Origin: the human T2T-CHM13v2.0 reference genome, Homo sapiens
DNA: 64,000 nucleotides
Strand: one strand, 5' to 3'
Assembly (NCBI RefSeq): GCF_009914755.1
Contig: NC_060927.1
The notes beneath the pieces were generated by a model that was not told where the DNA came from, searched no databases, and saw only the letters and a list, made by a program, of their open reading frames with translations. Position 1 is the stretch's first letter. The number at the start of each line of letters is the position of its first letter. Below are positions 43,267 to 59,900 of this stretch, piece after piece. The position numbers and the translations under genes were made by a program.

Positions 43267-43543
43267 CTTGCTCTGTCTCCCAGGCTGGAGTGCAGTGGTG
43301 TGATCTTGGCTCACTGCTGCACCTCTGCCTCCTGACATCAAGTGATTCTCTTGCTTCAGCCTCCCAAGCAGCTGGGATTACAGGCACCAGCCACCACACC
43401 CAGCTATTTTTTTACATTTTTGGTAGAGACACGGTTTCACCATGTTGGCCAGGCTCGTCTCGAACTCCTGATCTCAAGTGACCCGCCCACCTCAGCCTTC
43501 CAAAGTGCTGGGATTACAGGTGTGAGCCACCGCACCCAGCCAG
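43218..43543 (-). mobile_element. Alu whose tail is a (TG)n/(CA)n microsatellite, nested in Tigger1
   Basis: TG run ~43218-43266 directly abuts the Alu 3' end; TSD-like gcaattt on both sides. Confidence 0.9.
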
Positions 43544-44317
43544 CAATTTTTTAAAATAAGATAACAATGAAGTTTGTCACATTGATTCAACTCTTCCTTT
43601 CACAAAAGATTCCTCTGCAGCATGCAACGCTGTTTGGTTGCGCTTTACCCACAGTAGAACTTTTTTCAGAATTGGAATCAGTCCTCTCAGTCCCTGCCAC
43701 TGCTTTATCAATTAAGCTCATGTAATATTCTAAATCCTTTGTTGTCATTTCAAAAACGTTAACAGCACCTTTACCAGGAGTAGTTTCCATCTCGAGAAAC
43801 CATTTTCTTCACTCATCCATATGAAGCAATTCCTCATCAGTTCAAGTTTTATCATGAGATTTCAGCAATTCATTCACATCTTCAGGTTCCACATTTAGTT
43901 ATAGTTCTTTTGCTGTTTCTATCACATCTGCAGTTACTTCTTCCACTGAAGTCTTAAACCCCTCAAAGTCATCCATAAGGACTGGAATCAACTTCTTCCA
44001 AACTCTCGTTCATGTTGATAAAAATGTCAATACCTCCTCTTCTGAACCAAAATGTATTTAATGGCATCGAAAATGGTGAATTCTTTCCAGGTGGTTTTTT
44101 GATTGGCTTTGCTCAGCTCTATCAGAAGAATCACTACCTATGGCAACTATAGCCTTACAGAGTATATGTTTAAAATAAAAAGACTTGAAAGCCAAAATTA
44201 CCCCATGGGATGTAAAATGGATATTGTGTTATCAGGCATGAAAACAACCTTTATTTTCCTTGTGAATCTTTATCAGAGCTCTTGAGTGACTAGGTGTGTT
44301 GTCAGGGAGCAGTAATT

Positions 44318-44495
44318 TTATTCATATATTTTTAAATTTATTTTAAGTTCTGGGATACATGTGTATAATGTGCAGAATTATTACATAGGTAAACATATGC
44401 CATGATGGTTTGCTGCACCTATCAACCCATCACCTAGGTATTAAGCCTGGCATGCATTTAGCTATTTTTCCTGATGCTCTCCCCCACTTCCCCCA
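44318..44495 (-). mobile_element. Short L1PA 3' tip nested in Tigger1
   Basis: L1 3'UTR end; TSD agcagtaat at 44308-44316 and 44496-44504. Confidence 0.88.
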
Positions 44496-44842
44496 AGCAG
44501 TAATATTTTTAAAGGAATTTTTTTTCCCCTGAGCAGTAGATCTCAACAGTGGGCTTAAAATATTCAGTAAACCATGGTAGAAACAGATGTGGTGTCATCT
44601 AGGCTTTGTTGGCGCCACTTACAGAGCACAGGCAAAATAGATTTAGCATAATTCTTAAGGGCCTTGGTATTTTTGGAATGGTCAATGAGCATTGGTTTCA
44701 ACTTAAAGTTAGCAGCTGACTTTAGCTCCTAAAAACAGAGTCAACCTATCCTTTGAAGATTTGAAGCCAGGCATTGACTTCTCTCTAGCTTTGTAAGTCC
44801 TAGATGGCATCTTCTTCCAATATAAAGCTGTTTTGTCTACGT

Positions 44843-44962
44843 TGTTTGTTTGTTGATTGATTAATTGTGGCCCAGGCTGGTGTTGAGCTCCCGGCCTCAA
44901 GTGATCCTCTCGCCTAGGCCTCCCAAAGTGCTGGGATTACAGGAGTGAGCCACTGGCCCAGC
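44843..44962 (-). mobile_element. Partial Alu (left-arm/FLAM-like) nested in Tigger1
   Basis: gcccaggctgg...cctcccaaagtgctgggattacagg. Confidence 0.85.
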
Positions 44963-45958
44963 TGAAAACCTGCTGTTTCATGTAACCACCTTCATCAATT
45001 ATCTTAGATCTTTCCAATTGACTTGCTGCACCTTCTACTTCAGCATATTCTGTTTCACTTTGCACTTTTATGTTATGGAGACAATGTCTTTCCTTAAACC
45101 TCATGACCCAGCCTCTGCTAGTTACAGATTTTTCTTCTGCAGCTTCTTCACCTCATTTAGCCTTCATAGAACTGAAGAGAGTTAGGGCCTTGCTCTGGAT
45201 TAGGTTGTGGCCTAAGGAAGTGTTTGATCTATTTTGACCACTAAAACTTTCTTTACATCAGCAGTAAGGCTGTTTCACTTTCTTATCATTTGTGCGTGAA
45301 GAATCACCTTTAATTTCCTTCAAGAACTTCTCTTTTGCATTTACAACTTGGCTAATTGGTACAAGAGAGCTCACTTTTGGCCTATCTCATTTTTGGCATG
45401 CCTTTCTCTCAAAGCTTAATCGTTTCTAGCTTTTGCTTTAAAGTGTGAGATCTGTAACTCTTTCAGTTGAACACTTAGAGGCTATCAAAAGGTTATTAAT
45501 TGGCCTAATTTCAATATTGTGTCTTAGGGAATGGGAGGCCTGAAGAGAGGGAGAGAGACAGGGAAATGGCCTGTTGATGGAGCGGTTAGAACAAGTACAA
45601 CATTTATTAATTAAGTTTGCTGTCTTATATGGGCATGGTTTGTGGTGTCCAAAACTATTACAATAGTAATGTCAAAGATCACTGATCAGATCATCATAAC
45701 AGATATGATGATAATGAAAAAGTTTGAAATATTGTAAGAATTACCAGAATGTGACGCAGAGACATGAAGTGAGCACATACTATTGGAAAAATGTGCTAAT
45801 AGACTTGCTCGCTGCAGGGTTTCCACAAATCACTTTGTAAAAAATGTACTATCTGCAGAGCGCAATAAAGCAAAATGCAGTAAAATGAGATATGCCTGTA
45901 GTTACTTTCTTAACACTATTCTCAGATTTAGAAAGAAGACATGCCATTGTTTGTTTTG

Positions 45959-46451
<493 letters not shown>

Positions 46452-47368
46452 TTATGTGATATGACTCAAAAATAATTGTATTATAGTACTTTCAGTTGTT
46501 ATGTTATAGTCTACTGTCGTTTTTTTACATGCAGACTTTCCTAGTTCTTTACCCACTGGTTTCTTTATGCATTAAAAAAAATCTTATTTTTTAAGGATAG
46601 GATATGTTTTCAAACATCAGGATTTAAAGGTCTTTATACCTCTCATATACTTATTTTGATTGAACTAAAGTATTTTAATGGATTGTGTTTTATAGACTAT
46701 AGTCTTTCAGAAGAAGCAAACAAGATCTTCTGGAACTTGATCAAGCTAAAGTGAAAATGTAAAGAGATGACAGTATGATTAGATTTTGTTGTGTTTTCTT
46801 TAATGGTGAAGAGCAATAGCATAATTTCTTTAACAGAATGGGCTCAGGCACTGTGCAGACTTCCTTCTGGAACACTGTCTATGTAAGAAAAACATCTGGC
46901 ATGTTTTACATAGATGCTGTATGGAAATTATGATGATACGGATCACATGAATTTCTTTGACTTATGGCCGGTTTTTTTCAGTCAATAGGGAGAAATACAC
47001 TGTTTTCTCCTTTGAATATTTTGGAGTCATTCATAATGGGCATTTTCTTTAAAATGATATATTTTTGTCTTTTAAGAATAGTTCACCTCCAACCTTAATA
47101 TTTTTTAAAAGTAAAACATTTCATAACCCACCCATCTGCTGGTTGATTTTAAGTAGAAAGTGCAAAAAGTCATCAGGAAAAGGTCTAAAATATAGAGGAT
47201 CCTAGATAAATGGTAATTGTGGTCAGAGATTTACTTGCATCTGCCTAACAAAATGCTGAGGTGGAAAAAACAAGTCAGGAAAACGTCATTGGCCAAAAAG
47301 TTAATAGGATTAATTAAATCAAGTTATATTACTTAAGAATGTGTTTAATGTAAATGAAAATCAAAATA

Positions 47369-47996
47369 GGCTGGGCATGGTAGCTCATGCCTGTAAATGC
47401 CAGCACTTTGGGAGGCCAAGGTGGGAGGATCACTTGAGCCCAGGAGATTGAGGCTACAGTGAGCCATGATCACATTATTGCACTGTAGCCTGGGTGACAG
47501 TGCAAGACGCTGTCTCAAAAAGGAAGAAAATAAAAATAAATAAACATTACTTTAGCATATGTTAGTAATTAAATATATACTTAATTTATATCTATTTTTA
47601 AAGTACAAATAAAACAGGCACATAGCCAGAAATAGTAGTAGAGGCAAGTGGGTTTGAGGGAAATGTTGACACAGGCAAGTAACAGTAAATATTTATTCAG
47701 TTTTTTTTTTCTTTGAGGCGGGGGTCTCCCTCTGTCACCCAGGCTGGAGTGCAATGGTGTGGTCACAGTTCAGTGCAACCTCCGCCTCCCCAGCTCAAGT
47801 AGTCCTCCTGCCTTGGCCTCCTGAGTAGCTGGGACTACAGGCGTGAGCCACCATGCTCAGCTAATTTTTGTATTTTCTGTAGAGATGGCATTTCACCATG
47901 TTGCCCAGGCTAGTCTCTAACTCCTGGCCTCAAGTGATCCCCTACCTTGGCCTCCCAAAGTGCTGGGATTATCGGTGTGAGCCACCAGTCCTGGCA
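47369..47996. mobile_element. Forward monomeric Alu (~47369-47543) and reverse AluJ (~47701-47996)
   Basis: The monomer starts with left-arm sequence and ends with right-arm sequence; the second copy is a full reverse dimer. Confidence 0.9.
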
Positions 47997-49052
47997 ATTT
48001 ATTCAGTTTTTATTTTATTTATTTTTTAATTGGAAAGCTACCAAACCACAATAGGTTTAGAGAGACTTCTGAGTAATCATAATTTTTATTTGTATTTTTT
48101 TTTGTGATAGTAATTTTTAAAAACACAGGTGAGGAATTGGTTCATGAGATAAGATTAAAAGAACTAAATTTCTTCTTCTAAGTATGAGTAAGGCAGGATA
48201 TGAGAAAGTTCCTCAGGTATTTGAATGATGCATGCCCTCAGTAAGGGGGGGACACCCGTTTCTCTGAAGTTTAGGGTGGAGCCAGGGCAATGTGAAGAGA
48301 AGCCTGGGTTTTATGTCAAGGGTGAAGTATGTGTCCTTAATAAGACAATGGATTTTTTGGAGGGTAGTTCTTTCTAGAAGCAACTCCACTATACTTAATG
48401 TGTTGCTCTGTAGTGGTGAGCGTGGGAGGACCAAATGACAAGATGCCTTTCTCCCCAGGTTACTATGGCAACTGGGCAGAGCTCTGTTGCCAGGGGCAGA
48501 GGCAGGTGGACCACAGGGCAGGGAGTTGGTGGCCTTGAGGGAATTTTGTGTCCTTCTAGATAGCCAAAGAAACCCCACAGATTTTTCAGGGAGACATTTG
48601 GCTGCATAACAACGTATTTTTCCTGTATTTCCTTTCCCTGAAAATAATTGGGTCTAGTTTTTAGGCGTGCTTGTTAATCAGTATTAGAGATGGTTCTTCA
48701 GAGTCTACAAGATAATTATCTAGTTCACTTCACGCTTTTGACAGAAACCGTCCTAACCATGACTGACAAAGAGTGAGCACCTACTACAAGACTGGCACCA
48801 CCTTTAGACTTGAAAGCACATAGTCTATCACATGTTCGCACACACATTTCTTTACTGAATTCTTCCAAGATCCCAAGGGGAGGCACTAATCTACTCATCT
48901 CTGTTTTATAGACCATGTAATTGAGGCTTGAAAGGTTGAACTTTATTAAAAAAAATAATAACTGTGTTATAGGTCTGATAAGTGCCAGAACTTCAAATCC
49001 AACTCTATGTTCTTTCTACTTAAGCTGAAATACAGATTCTGCTCTTCAAGTC

Positions 49053-49477
<425 letters not shown>

Positions 49478-49977
49478 CTATTTCTGGTCATTTTACTCCT
49501 AATTTTCCTGGGGAAAGTGTGAAATGCCCCTTCTCATTCGGGATGTCCAGTCTGCATAAAGGCAGGAGCATGCTGCCCCAGATTGCAAAGCTCTGGGAAT
49601 GAGTGGAGATGGAAGTACTGAGCATTAGCAGCTTCTTGGAGATTGGGAGTTTGGGTGTGGTGGGTGTGAAAGGGGAAGTAGGGAAGTAGAAAAGTAGATC
49701 TACTGGATAATCTGATCAAGATGGCTTTTTGTTTATTTTGAGGGGAGGAAGGGACTTGAGTACATTTTCAGACAGAGGAGAAGGAGTCAATAGAGAGGGA
49801 AAGGTGTAGGAGAAGGGATAATCAATAGAGCAAAACCACAGGACAGTGGGAACAAGGTGCAGTGGTGCAGGCAGAGGGCTTCCTCTTGGAAAGACTGAGA
49901 GACTCTCCTCAGATAACTGAGCTAATGCTTATGCTGTTTACTTTGTCCCAGACACCCTTCTAAGTGTCATAGATGAA

Positions 49978-51360
<1,383 letters not shown>

Positions 51361-52189
51361 TATACATTCATATATATAAATCCTCATGATAACCCAATAA
51401 GGTAGATATTCTAGTAATTCTGGTTTATACTTGAGGAAACTGAGACACAAAGAAGCTAAATAGCTTGGCCAGGGTCACACAGGTAGCTGCAGAACCCAGA
51501 TTCAGACCTAAGTGGTCTGGCTCCAGAGTTCATGCATTTAGCCACTATAGTACATTGACGAAAGGAGGACTAGATGGACAAAGATAGAAGAGGGAAGTCT
51601 AGGGAATTTAAGCAGAATGGCCTTGGTCTCCTTAGGCAGTGTGTTTGTGTATGTAAGTGTATTGAGCATGTTTGAGAAAGGGTATTGAAAAATCAATGAC
51701 TGGTAAATGCTGTCCTAGTTATTCACGTATGTCTCACTCTCAGTACAGTTATCTATTATTCTTCGGGAGAATAGGCATTAGCATACAAAATACCAATAGT
51801 AATCTGCACATAACAAATGTTGGTCAGTTAGTGGCTGTCACATTCTCCAATAACTTACAGTTGCCTCCAGAGCAGACACAGTCATACAAAGGCATTACAC
51901 TTTTGTTTCGTCTTTCCAGCTCAGCCCTACTGATGGTGCACGCATACATGCACATGCTATTTAAACTAAGGGTGGCAGAGTAAAGTGTTTTCCTGACCAC
52001 AAGCCTGAAGGCAGACTTCCCAGCCAGTGTATAAAATAAAATAATGTGTGGCTAAGAAGCTAGATATTGAACTGACTTCCATAAAGATAATTTGTAAAAC
52101 CAAATGATAAAAACCCCTCACTTTTATATACAAATGAGATCATTTGTCCTAAACTGATAAAAACAATACTAAGGCAATGTTTGTGTAAA

Positions 52190-53352
<1,163 letters not shown>

Positions 53353-54397
53353 ATAAGTAACTGAGCTTTCTTTAGTAGGATCCCTGAGTCCCTCATCTCT
53401 AAGTTTTGGAAAAGTGTTCTGCCTGAAATTGCACATGGTTTATTAGTCATAATGTAGAAGTCCATTAGTAAAATTTAAAAAAAACTCCAAGTCTTAAATA
53501 CAGGTCTGTTTCTTTCTTACACTCCAGGACTAGTGTGGGTTAAAAGAGGCCTCTGCTCCACGTTTCCTGATGGAGCCAACACCTGCAGCCAATCTGGAGA
53601 GCCACTCTGCCATGTTAGAGCAAGGCATGTGATGAATTATGCCCTGGCTGTTGTTCATGCAGAAGTGATACACCTTGCTTTTCACACTTCATTGGCCGGT
53701 ACAAGTCTGAGGGCCATATCCAGTTTGAGGGTGAGGAAGAGAGGAGCCATCTTACCCTGTGTCCAGAAAGAGGTGAACTGATTGTAATAGCCCAGTTACT
53801 ACCCTCAAGGATTTATCTCTAAAACAGACAGACCCGTATAACAGACTTTGAGCCATTGCTTCTGTTTTCCCTCCTTTCTGTCATTACCTAATTGAAACAT
53901 CAGGATTTGTACATGGAATCCTGGGAAGTCTGCATACCTGTGTCAGCACCAGCTTTTCTCATTCTACCACTCACTCAGACCAGGGTTCCTGACTCTTGTG
54001 GTTTCCAAAACTTACTTTAGGGCTGTTGTAATCCCTAAGAGGAAGAAATGTGACCCATTTTTGTGCAGGTACCTCATTCCTCTTCCCCCAAAAGACCCCA
54101 TCTCTCTAGCCACATACTAGTTGCTGATCTCTGAGCATACCATGATATGCCACAGCTCTATGCCTTTGCTTCTGTGGTGCTTTTATGGAAATGCCCTGCC
54201 CACCCCACTGTCCCAGTAGAGCAGACAGACTCATATTTATCCTTGAGGACTCAAATTTGTTTTTCTGTAATTTTTGTGTACTGTTTACCCATCTGTGAAC
54301 TCATAGGTGGTCTATAAACTTCTGTTATCACTGCTTTTATAAGTGATCACCTATTTGTGCCTCCTATTAAAGGTTTGAGGGTAGAAATGCTATGCTT

Positions 54398-54683
54398 TGC
54401 TATGTGCAGTGTCTCATGTGAGAGGCCAAGGTGAGAGGAAGATTGCTTGAGTCCAGGAGCTTGAGACCAGCCTGTGCAACATAGCAAGATGCCATCTTTC
54501 TTCCAAAAAATTAAAAAATTAACTGGGCAAGTTTGCATGCCTGGAGTCCCCGCTACTCTGGAGGCTGAGGTGGGAGGATCCCTTGAGCCCAGGAGATCGA
54601 GGCTTGCAGTGAGCTATGAGTGCACCACTGTGCTCCAGCCTGGGTGACATTGACAGACTTTGTCTCAGGAAAAAAAGAAAAAA
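54398..54683 (+). mobile_element. Diverged AluJ
   Basis: Forward Alu dimer with a left-arm deletion. Confidence 0.88.
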
Positions 54684-55589
54684 ATTTTCATCTTGCCATC
54701 TTTTTTCATTTATGGATCCCCAGCACGTTACTAGACAATAAGTAAGTTAGTAGACCTTTGTTGAACTGAAGATTATGGAGACATTGAAGTCCTGGGGCTA
54801 ATAGAAGAGAGAAGTCAAGTCACACCAGTTATAATAGGTCCTCCTAAAAAAAAAAAAAATCCCATTTCAACTAAATTATATCTAAAAATTAAAGGTTGAC
54901 CTTTTGTTTTAAGTAATACATGACCCAATATACTGGTTATAACAAAAGGTTTTTAGCAAAGATTACACCTGTGCTTAAGTGTCAGCAGTTGGTTTTCTGC
55001 ATAATGTATGTATTTATGCAGTATGTGTACCGTCCTGTGACCTACACTGGTTGGTGTTAGTTACAAGGGCCCTTGGATGGGTTTAGGAGATGGATGTACC
55101 CTCTCCTGAGGGCTGTGAATCTGCAGTGGGAACAATGTCAGACACAGTCCTCTGAAGATGGAAAAAAGCTCAGAGGTCAAAAAACATACCCCTAGCCCAT
55201 CACCATTTTTTCCCCTTTAACCTCTAAGTGAAAAATTGCACACAATTTTCTTTACGTATACTTTCTAAAATCTTGTGTCTCCTTCAACACTTCCTTTGAT
55301 ATATGTGGGAGATCAAGATGAAGAAAAGGAGAAATGGGAATGGCGAAAAAAATAAAAAATATATGTAAAATAATTTTATTCAAGATGACCTACTTTCTAA
55401 ATTCTTAGCACTGATATTTTGGAGCATTAAGGTATGTAGGCTCTGTACTTGGACTTTTCAAGAGAATGAACACTAGATTCCTAGTTTGGAAAGGTGGGTA
55501 GGATTTGGAAATCTCAGAGGGCAGCCAGCCTCTTGACTTATTAAATAGCAGGTTGTTAGGTGAAGCTTCAAAGAAAGTTTGGTTTTAAG

Positions 55590-55710
55590 TAGGGGGACAG
55601 ACATCACAGTTTGTCAGGACCAACCCCAGTTTGCATTTGAGGTTCCAGCATAATTATTAACAGTGCCCTCTTTGATTCTTGAGAGGTTCTGGTCTGGAAT
55701 GGTCATTCTG
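55590..55710. mobile_element. MER94-like (hAT-Blackjack) MITE
   Basis: taggg.gac...cagtttg...cataattattaacagtgccc...atggtca resembles recalled MER94. Confidence 0.6.
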
Positions 55711-56594
55711 GATTTGGGTCATGCAGATTGCAGGCTATTGGCATGATGAATGGGAAGGAAGAAGACTCCAGAGTGCAGAAGGCTGAAGGGAGAATTATCT
55801 TATGACAGTAATTTCTGTTCAGAGTTTTCCTTAAAAGGCTTCCTGTAGTGCTTTCTGAAATGCCTTACAGACTTTCTTCTGATGCACCTTGGACATCAGT
55901 TTATTTTTCTTTAGTGCAGCTTTTATAGGGCCAGTGTGTCTCAGTGCAACCTGGTTTTCTTTTAAACTCGTGGGCAGCAGTGCTGCATGTGTCAGTGATT
56001 CAAACTTGAACAGATTGGCTGTGAATGGGGTGATAAGAATAGAGAGAAACACATACCAGTAGACCAAACTTCCTGTTCACAAGCCTTTGAATACTGCGTT
56101 TCACTGTCTGAAATAGCATTCATCTTAAGGCTGGGATCATTTATTCCCTTTGGAATTAAGCAATACCACTGCAGAAAAAGAAACTATTTTGGGAAGGCCA
56201 TGTGGGAGGAATTTTTCTCTGTATTCCAGGCTGAACAGAAATATCTTTCATGCTTTTGAACACCACACCTTAGAGCCCAGGTAATTGGAAATGGACAACT
56301 TTCAGATAATCCCAAATATTTATGCCAAGGCTAATGTATACATGTTATACTACAAAGATTAGGAAAGACTTGAGTTTAGATGCTTCAACTTAATTACCTA
56401 AGTGGCAGAAAAAGAACTTTCCTTCAGAGATTCGCCTCTAATATAGATGCTATTGAGAAGTAAAATGTAACATCTTGTCCCTCTCCCTCTCCTTACATAT
56501 GCTCTTGGAGGTTGTTTTTGCATATGCCCATGTAGACTTTTCCAGATTGTTGGAGAAGTTTAAAATAAGGCAATGAAGGCTATGTCCCCCCTGC

Positions 56595-56700
56595 TTCCTC
56601 CCTATAAAGCTGAGGTGGGCAGGGCTTGGCAGCTGGTGGAAACTGAAGAGATAAATAAGTACCAGGGCTCCTGGATGGATAGGGTGCAGAAGAGCCCAAG
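56595..56700 (+). promoter_or_regulatory. PHLDB2: Candidate internal PHLDB2 promoter / 5'UTR
   Basis: TATAAA 56603-56608, E-box CAGCTG 56630-56635, AGATAAATA (GATA/TATA-like) 56649-56657, directly upstream of an in-frame exon. Confidence 0.55.
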
Positions 56701-56793
56701 ATGAGAGTGTGTAGCTATGAGTGCCTGCCGTGGGAAGAGGCCATGAGGACGGAGCTGCAGCTGGAGTCCAGAAGTTCAGGCAGTGAAAGGGAG
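56701..56793 (+). CDS. PHLDB2: Candidate alternative first coding exon of PHLDB2 (31 aa: MRVCSYECLPWEEAMRTELQLESRSSGSERE)
   Basis: aagATG at 56701, 31 open codons ending exactly at donor GAG|GTGCGA (phase 0), in frame with the phase-0 exon at 58388; too short for the ORF track. Confidence 0.7.
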
Positions 56794-57902
56794 GTGCGAG
56801 CTTGTAGGAACTAGTTTATTAGTCCTTTTGATCAAGCTATTGCTCTTTTGTTTTTTTTGTTGGGGGATTACTTTAGAGGGCAAATGTAAGTCAGATACAC
56901 CTTAAATATCTGTCTTGTCATTTGAGTAATGTATTTAATGGAACCTAAGGAGTTATGTTGGTCTGTTCCTATTTGACTTTTCTACTTGTTAATAGCATCA
57001 ACTAATAAAGAGCTAATTGTCTTGTAAAGTTTGTCTTTACAAATTAGCTGCAATTGAAATGAGAACAGCAGTCCAGTGATGCTTAATATTTTTCTGCTTT
57101 ATTGCTGATAAGCAGTTTGGAAAATGTTTTTCTATGGAGAGCGTGTGAAGCCTCTTCTCAGTGTGGTAAATGTGATCACAATAGATGGTTTTTGTTTTTA
57201 GTTCTTTTTTCACTTTGGCCTTGGAATTAACATGAAAGGTAAAGATGTTGAGATTTCCTACCTCAAGCAATGCTGTCTAGGTTTATGAGAAGCAGAGAAG
57301 CATTTTGTAAATTATATCCTGTTGCTCACAAACTGTATAATTAACCTACTTAAAGTTCAAAATCATAGATATCTGCCTGTTGCATGGGGAGTCTGGTAAG
57401 ATTGCAGTACTCTTATAGATATCAATGGCCTATGTATTGATTTTTAACAAATAAATTTTATTTTCTAGCTAAATTAATCAAAGATTTAATGACCTATGAA
57501 TTTGAGTTACATCGGTGTGTATCTGGACTTCATGTGAAATGTTCTTCATTTTAGTGCAACATTCTATCTCTTTTATAATTTTAATTATATAAGAAATTAG
57601 TAGAGAAAGACCTTTATATGGTGACCAGGCATTAAAAAGTTTAGAAAATTTTCAAAATTTTCAAGAAAAAAAAATTGAAGACATAGGTCTTTTAAATTAA
57701 AAGATTCAGTAAGTAGCTGTTTTTCTCTTTGTGTGTCTAGCACATAGTCTAACAGTAGGATAATATTTAGGAAGTTAGAGAATTAATTTTAAGCACAAGT
57801 ATTAAGTCAGTAGTGATGAAAAAGCTAGATATTGTTGAAGGTAGATAAGTAGAGCCTGGGAAGGAGGATAGATAGGAAATGGAGGTTTAAAAAAAATGAA
57901 TT

Positions 57903-58044
57903 TGGTGCAATGGCATGTGCCTGTAATCTCAGCAACTTTTGGGAGGCTGAGGCAGGAGGATCACTGGACCCCAGGAGTTAAATAAAGTGAGCTATGATTG
58001 TGCCACTGCACTCCAGCCTTTGGGACAGAGTAAGACCTTGTCTT
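57903..58044 (+). mobile_element. Monomeric Alu (FRAM-like)
   Basis: gtgcctgtaatctcagc...gggaggctgaggcaggaggatcac...ccactgcactccagcct. Confidence 0.8.
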
Positions 58045-58387
58045 TCTCCCTAACCCCACCCTTCAGAAACCTTGGAGAATTTATAAGTTATGAAAAGGCT
58101 TACTGAGTGCTGATGTGTGCTAGGGCCAGCCCTGTGATATACCAATAAAGGGGAGAGAGTAGAAGCCAGAATTGAGTTTGGGAGGAAAGTTGGGCATTGT
58201 TAAACCCCATTTCACCTGGATCTTTAAATGCATCCGTCAAAGATTATGAAAATCATCACCAGCCAAGTGTTTGTGGGTTTATGTATGGAATGCAAGCACC
58301 AGTTGTCCCAGCCTCTTCAGTCTTTTTATTTGGAGTAGTATTCATTCTCACAAACCCACTGACCTCCCCCTCCTCCCTGTGTTCCAG

Positions 58388-58771
58388 GAGAGACAGCGTC
58401 TGGAGACCATCCTCAGTCTCTGTGCTGAATACACAAAGCCTGACAGTCGCTTATCTACTGGGACCACCGTGGAAGATGTGCAGAAAATCAACAAGGAGCT
58501 TGAGAAGCTGCAGCTCTCTGATGAGGAGTCTGTGTTTGAGGAAGCCCTCATGAGCCCTGACACAAGATACAGGTGCCACCGGAAAGACTCCCTCCCTGAT
58601 GCAGACTTGGCAAGCTGTGGGAGTCTCAGTCAGAGCAGTGCCAGCTTCTTTACCCCCAGGAGCACCAGGAATGATGAACTACTCAGTGACCTCACCCGGA
58701 CTCCTCCACCACCATCCTCCACCTTTCCGAAAGCTTCCAGCGAGTCCTCTTATCTAAGTATCCTACCAAAG
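58388..58771 (+). CDS. PHLDB2: PHLDB2 next coding exon (384 nt, 128 codons, ERQRLETILSLCAEY...SYLSILPK)
   Basis: Branch-like cactgac 58357-58363, pyrimidine tract, ttccag|GAG acceptor, AAG|GTAATG donor; continues ...EMERL|ERQRLETIL of LL5 proteins in phase 0. Confidence 0.95.
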
Positions 58772-59149
58772 GTAATGTTGGCCCAGCAAAGATACTAGGA
58801 TTTAAGGTCTAGGGCTGTGCATATGCTTTGGCATGAAAACTGATGATTTTATCATGCTAATTATCCAGGATGTTTTCAGTGAAATTTCAATTTAAGAGGT
58901 CATTAGCTGAGCGAGGTGCAGCAAATTAGGGTGTTTACTGTAAAGTAACAAATTTGCACTGTAAAAATTGTAGCAGCACAGAAGAGTAGAAAGAAAGCAC
59001 ATTTCTCTTCTCCCTGCACCCTTTCAGGTTGTACACCTGAGTGATAAGCAGGTGTAAAACTGGTGCTAAAATTGTCTTACCTGCCTTCCTAATATTTTCT
59101 GTGTATATATGGCTATCTGTTATAGGCATAGACAGACAGACACACACAT

Positions 59150-59900
59150 AGTGTTCTGTACTTTTTTTCCCTCACTAAATGCCTTGGGTATCTTTGCATA
59201 TTAGTATACATAGCTCTACCTCATTCTTTTTAATGACCAATTGCTCTTCTTTTGTTTGCAACTACCGTTTATTTTCAGGGTTTTTTTTTTTTTGCTAATA
59301 AAATCCATATGCGCAAATATTGTAGCATATATATATTTGCACAATTCTGCAAATGTGTCTGTGGGATCACTTACTAAAAGTGGAATTGCTGGGTCAAAGA
59401 GTTTGTGTATTTTTCACTTTACTCAATATTTCCAAATCGTACTTCTAAAAGACCATATTAAAAAAAGAGTCTATATATCCAGGTGACACTTTGACTAAGT
59501 TTATATGTGCATATAAACACAAGTGTTCTCCATACACTTGCCAAGGTTGCATATTGTCAAAATTTTTCAATTAGCCAAATTGATAGAAGTTTAATTTGCT
59601 TTTCTTTAATTATACATCAAGTTGGGGATCTTTCCATATTTTTAGTTATTATTTGTATTTTTTGACCCACTTATTCATGTTCTTCACCCATTTTTTTAAT
59701 TGTTTTATTTTTCTTGTGTTTTACTGAGTAGTAAGAGCTGTTTGTGGTAAGCAGATGAGCCTTTTATCATAACTAGTCTTTATTTTGACTTTATTTGTAT
59801 TTTTTCGGCATATAGGAGTTTAAGATTTATTGGTACTCATAAGTACTATTTAGTCTTCTGGTTGTATGTTGGTTTAAAATTGTCATCCTTTTGAGGATTT
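59150..59900 (-). mobile_element. Old L1ME-type fragment
   Basis: aaagtggaattgctgggtcaaag...ttttaatttgc.tt.tctttaatta...ttcatgttcttcacccattttt, highly diverged. Confidence 0.6.

Larger units (their letters stand above)
42879..45898 (-). mobile_element. Near-full-length Tigger1 with three nested retro-insertions
   Basis: TIRs CAGGCATACCTC (42879) and GAGATATGCCTG (ends 45898, followed by TA); transposase remnants in ORF 44709-44900 ([32 protein letters not shown]) and 43587-43790. Confidence 0.92.

Noticed and set aside
58271-58387. In-frame upstream extension of the 58388 exon (MWVYVW...)
   Set aside because: Non-ATG start; runs through the branch point and polypyrimidine tract, so intronic
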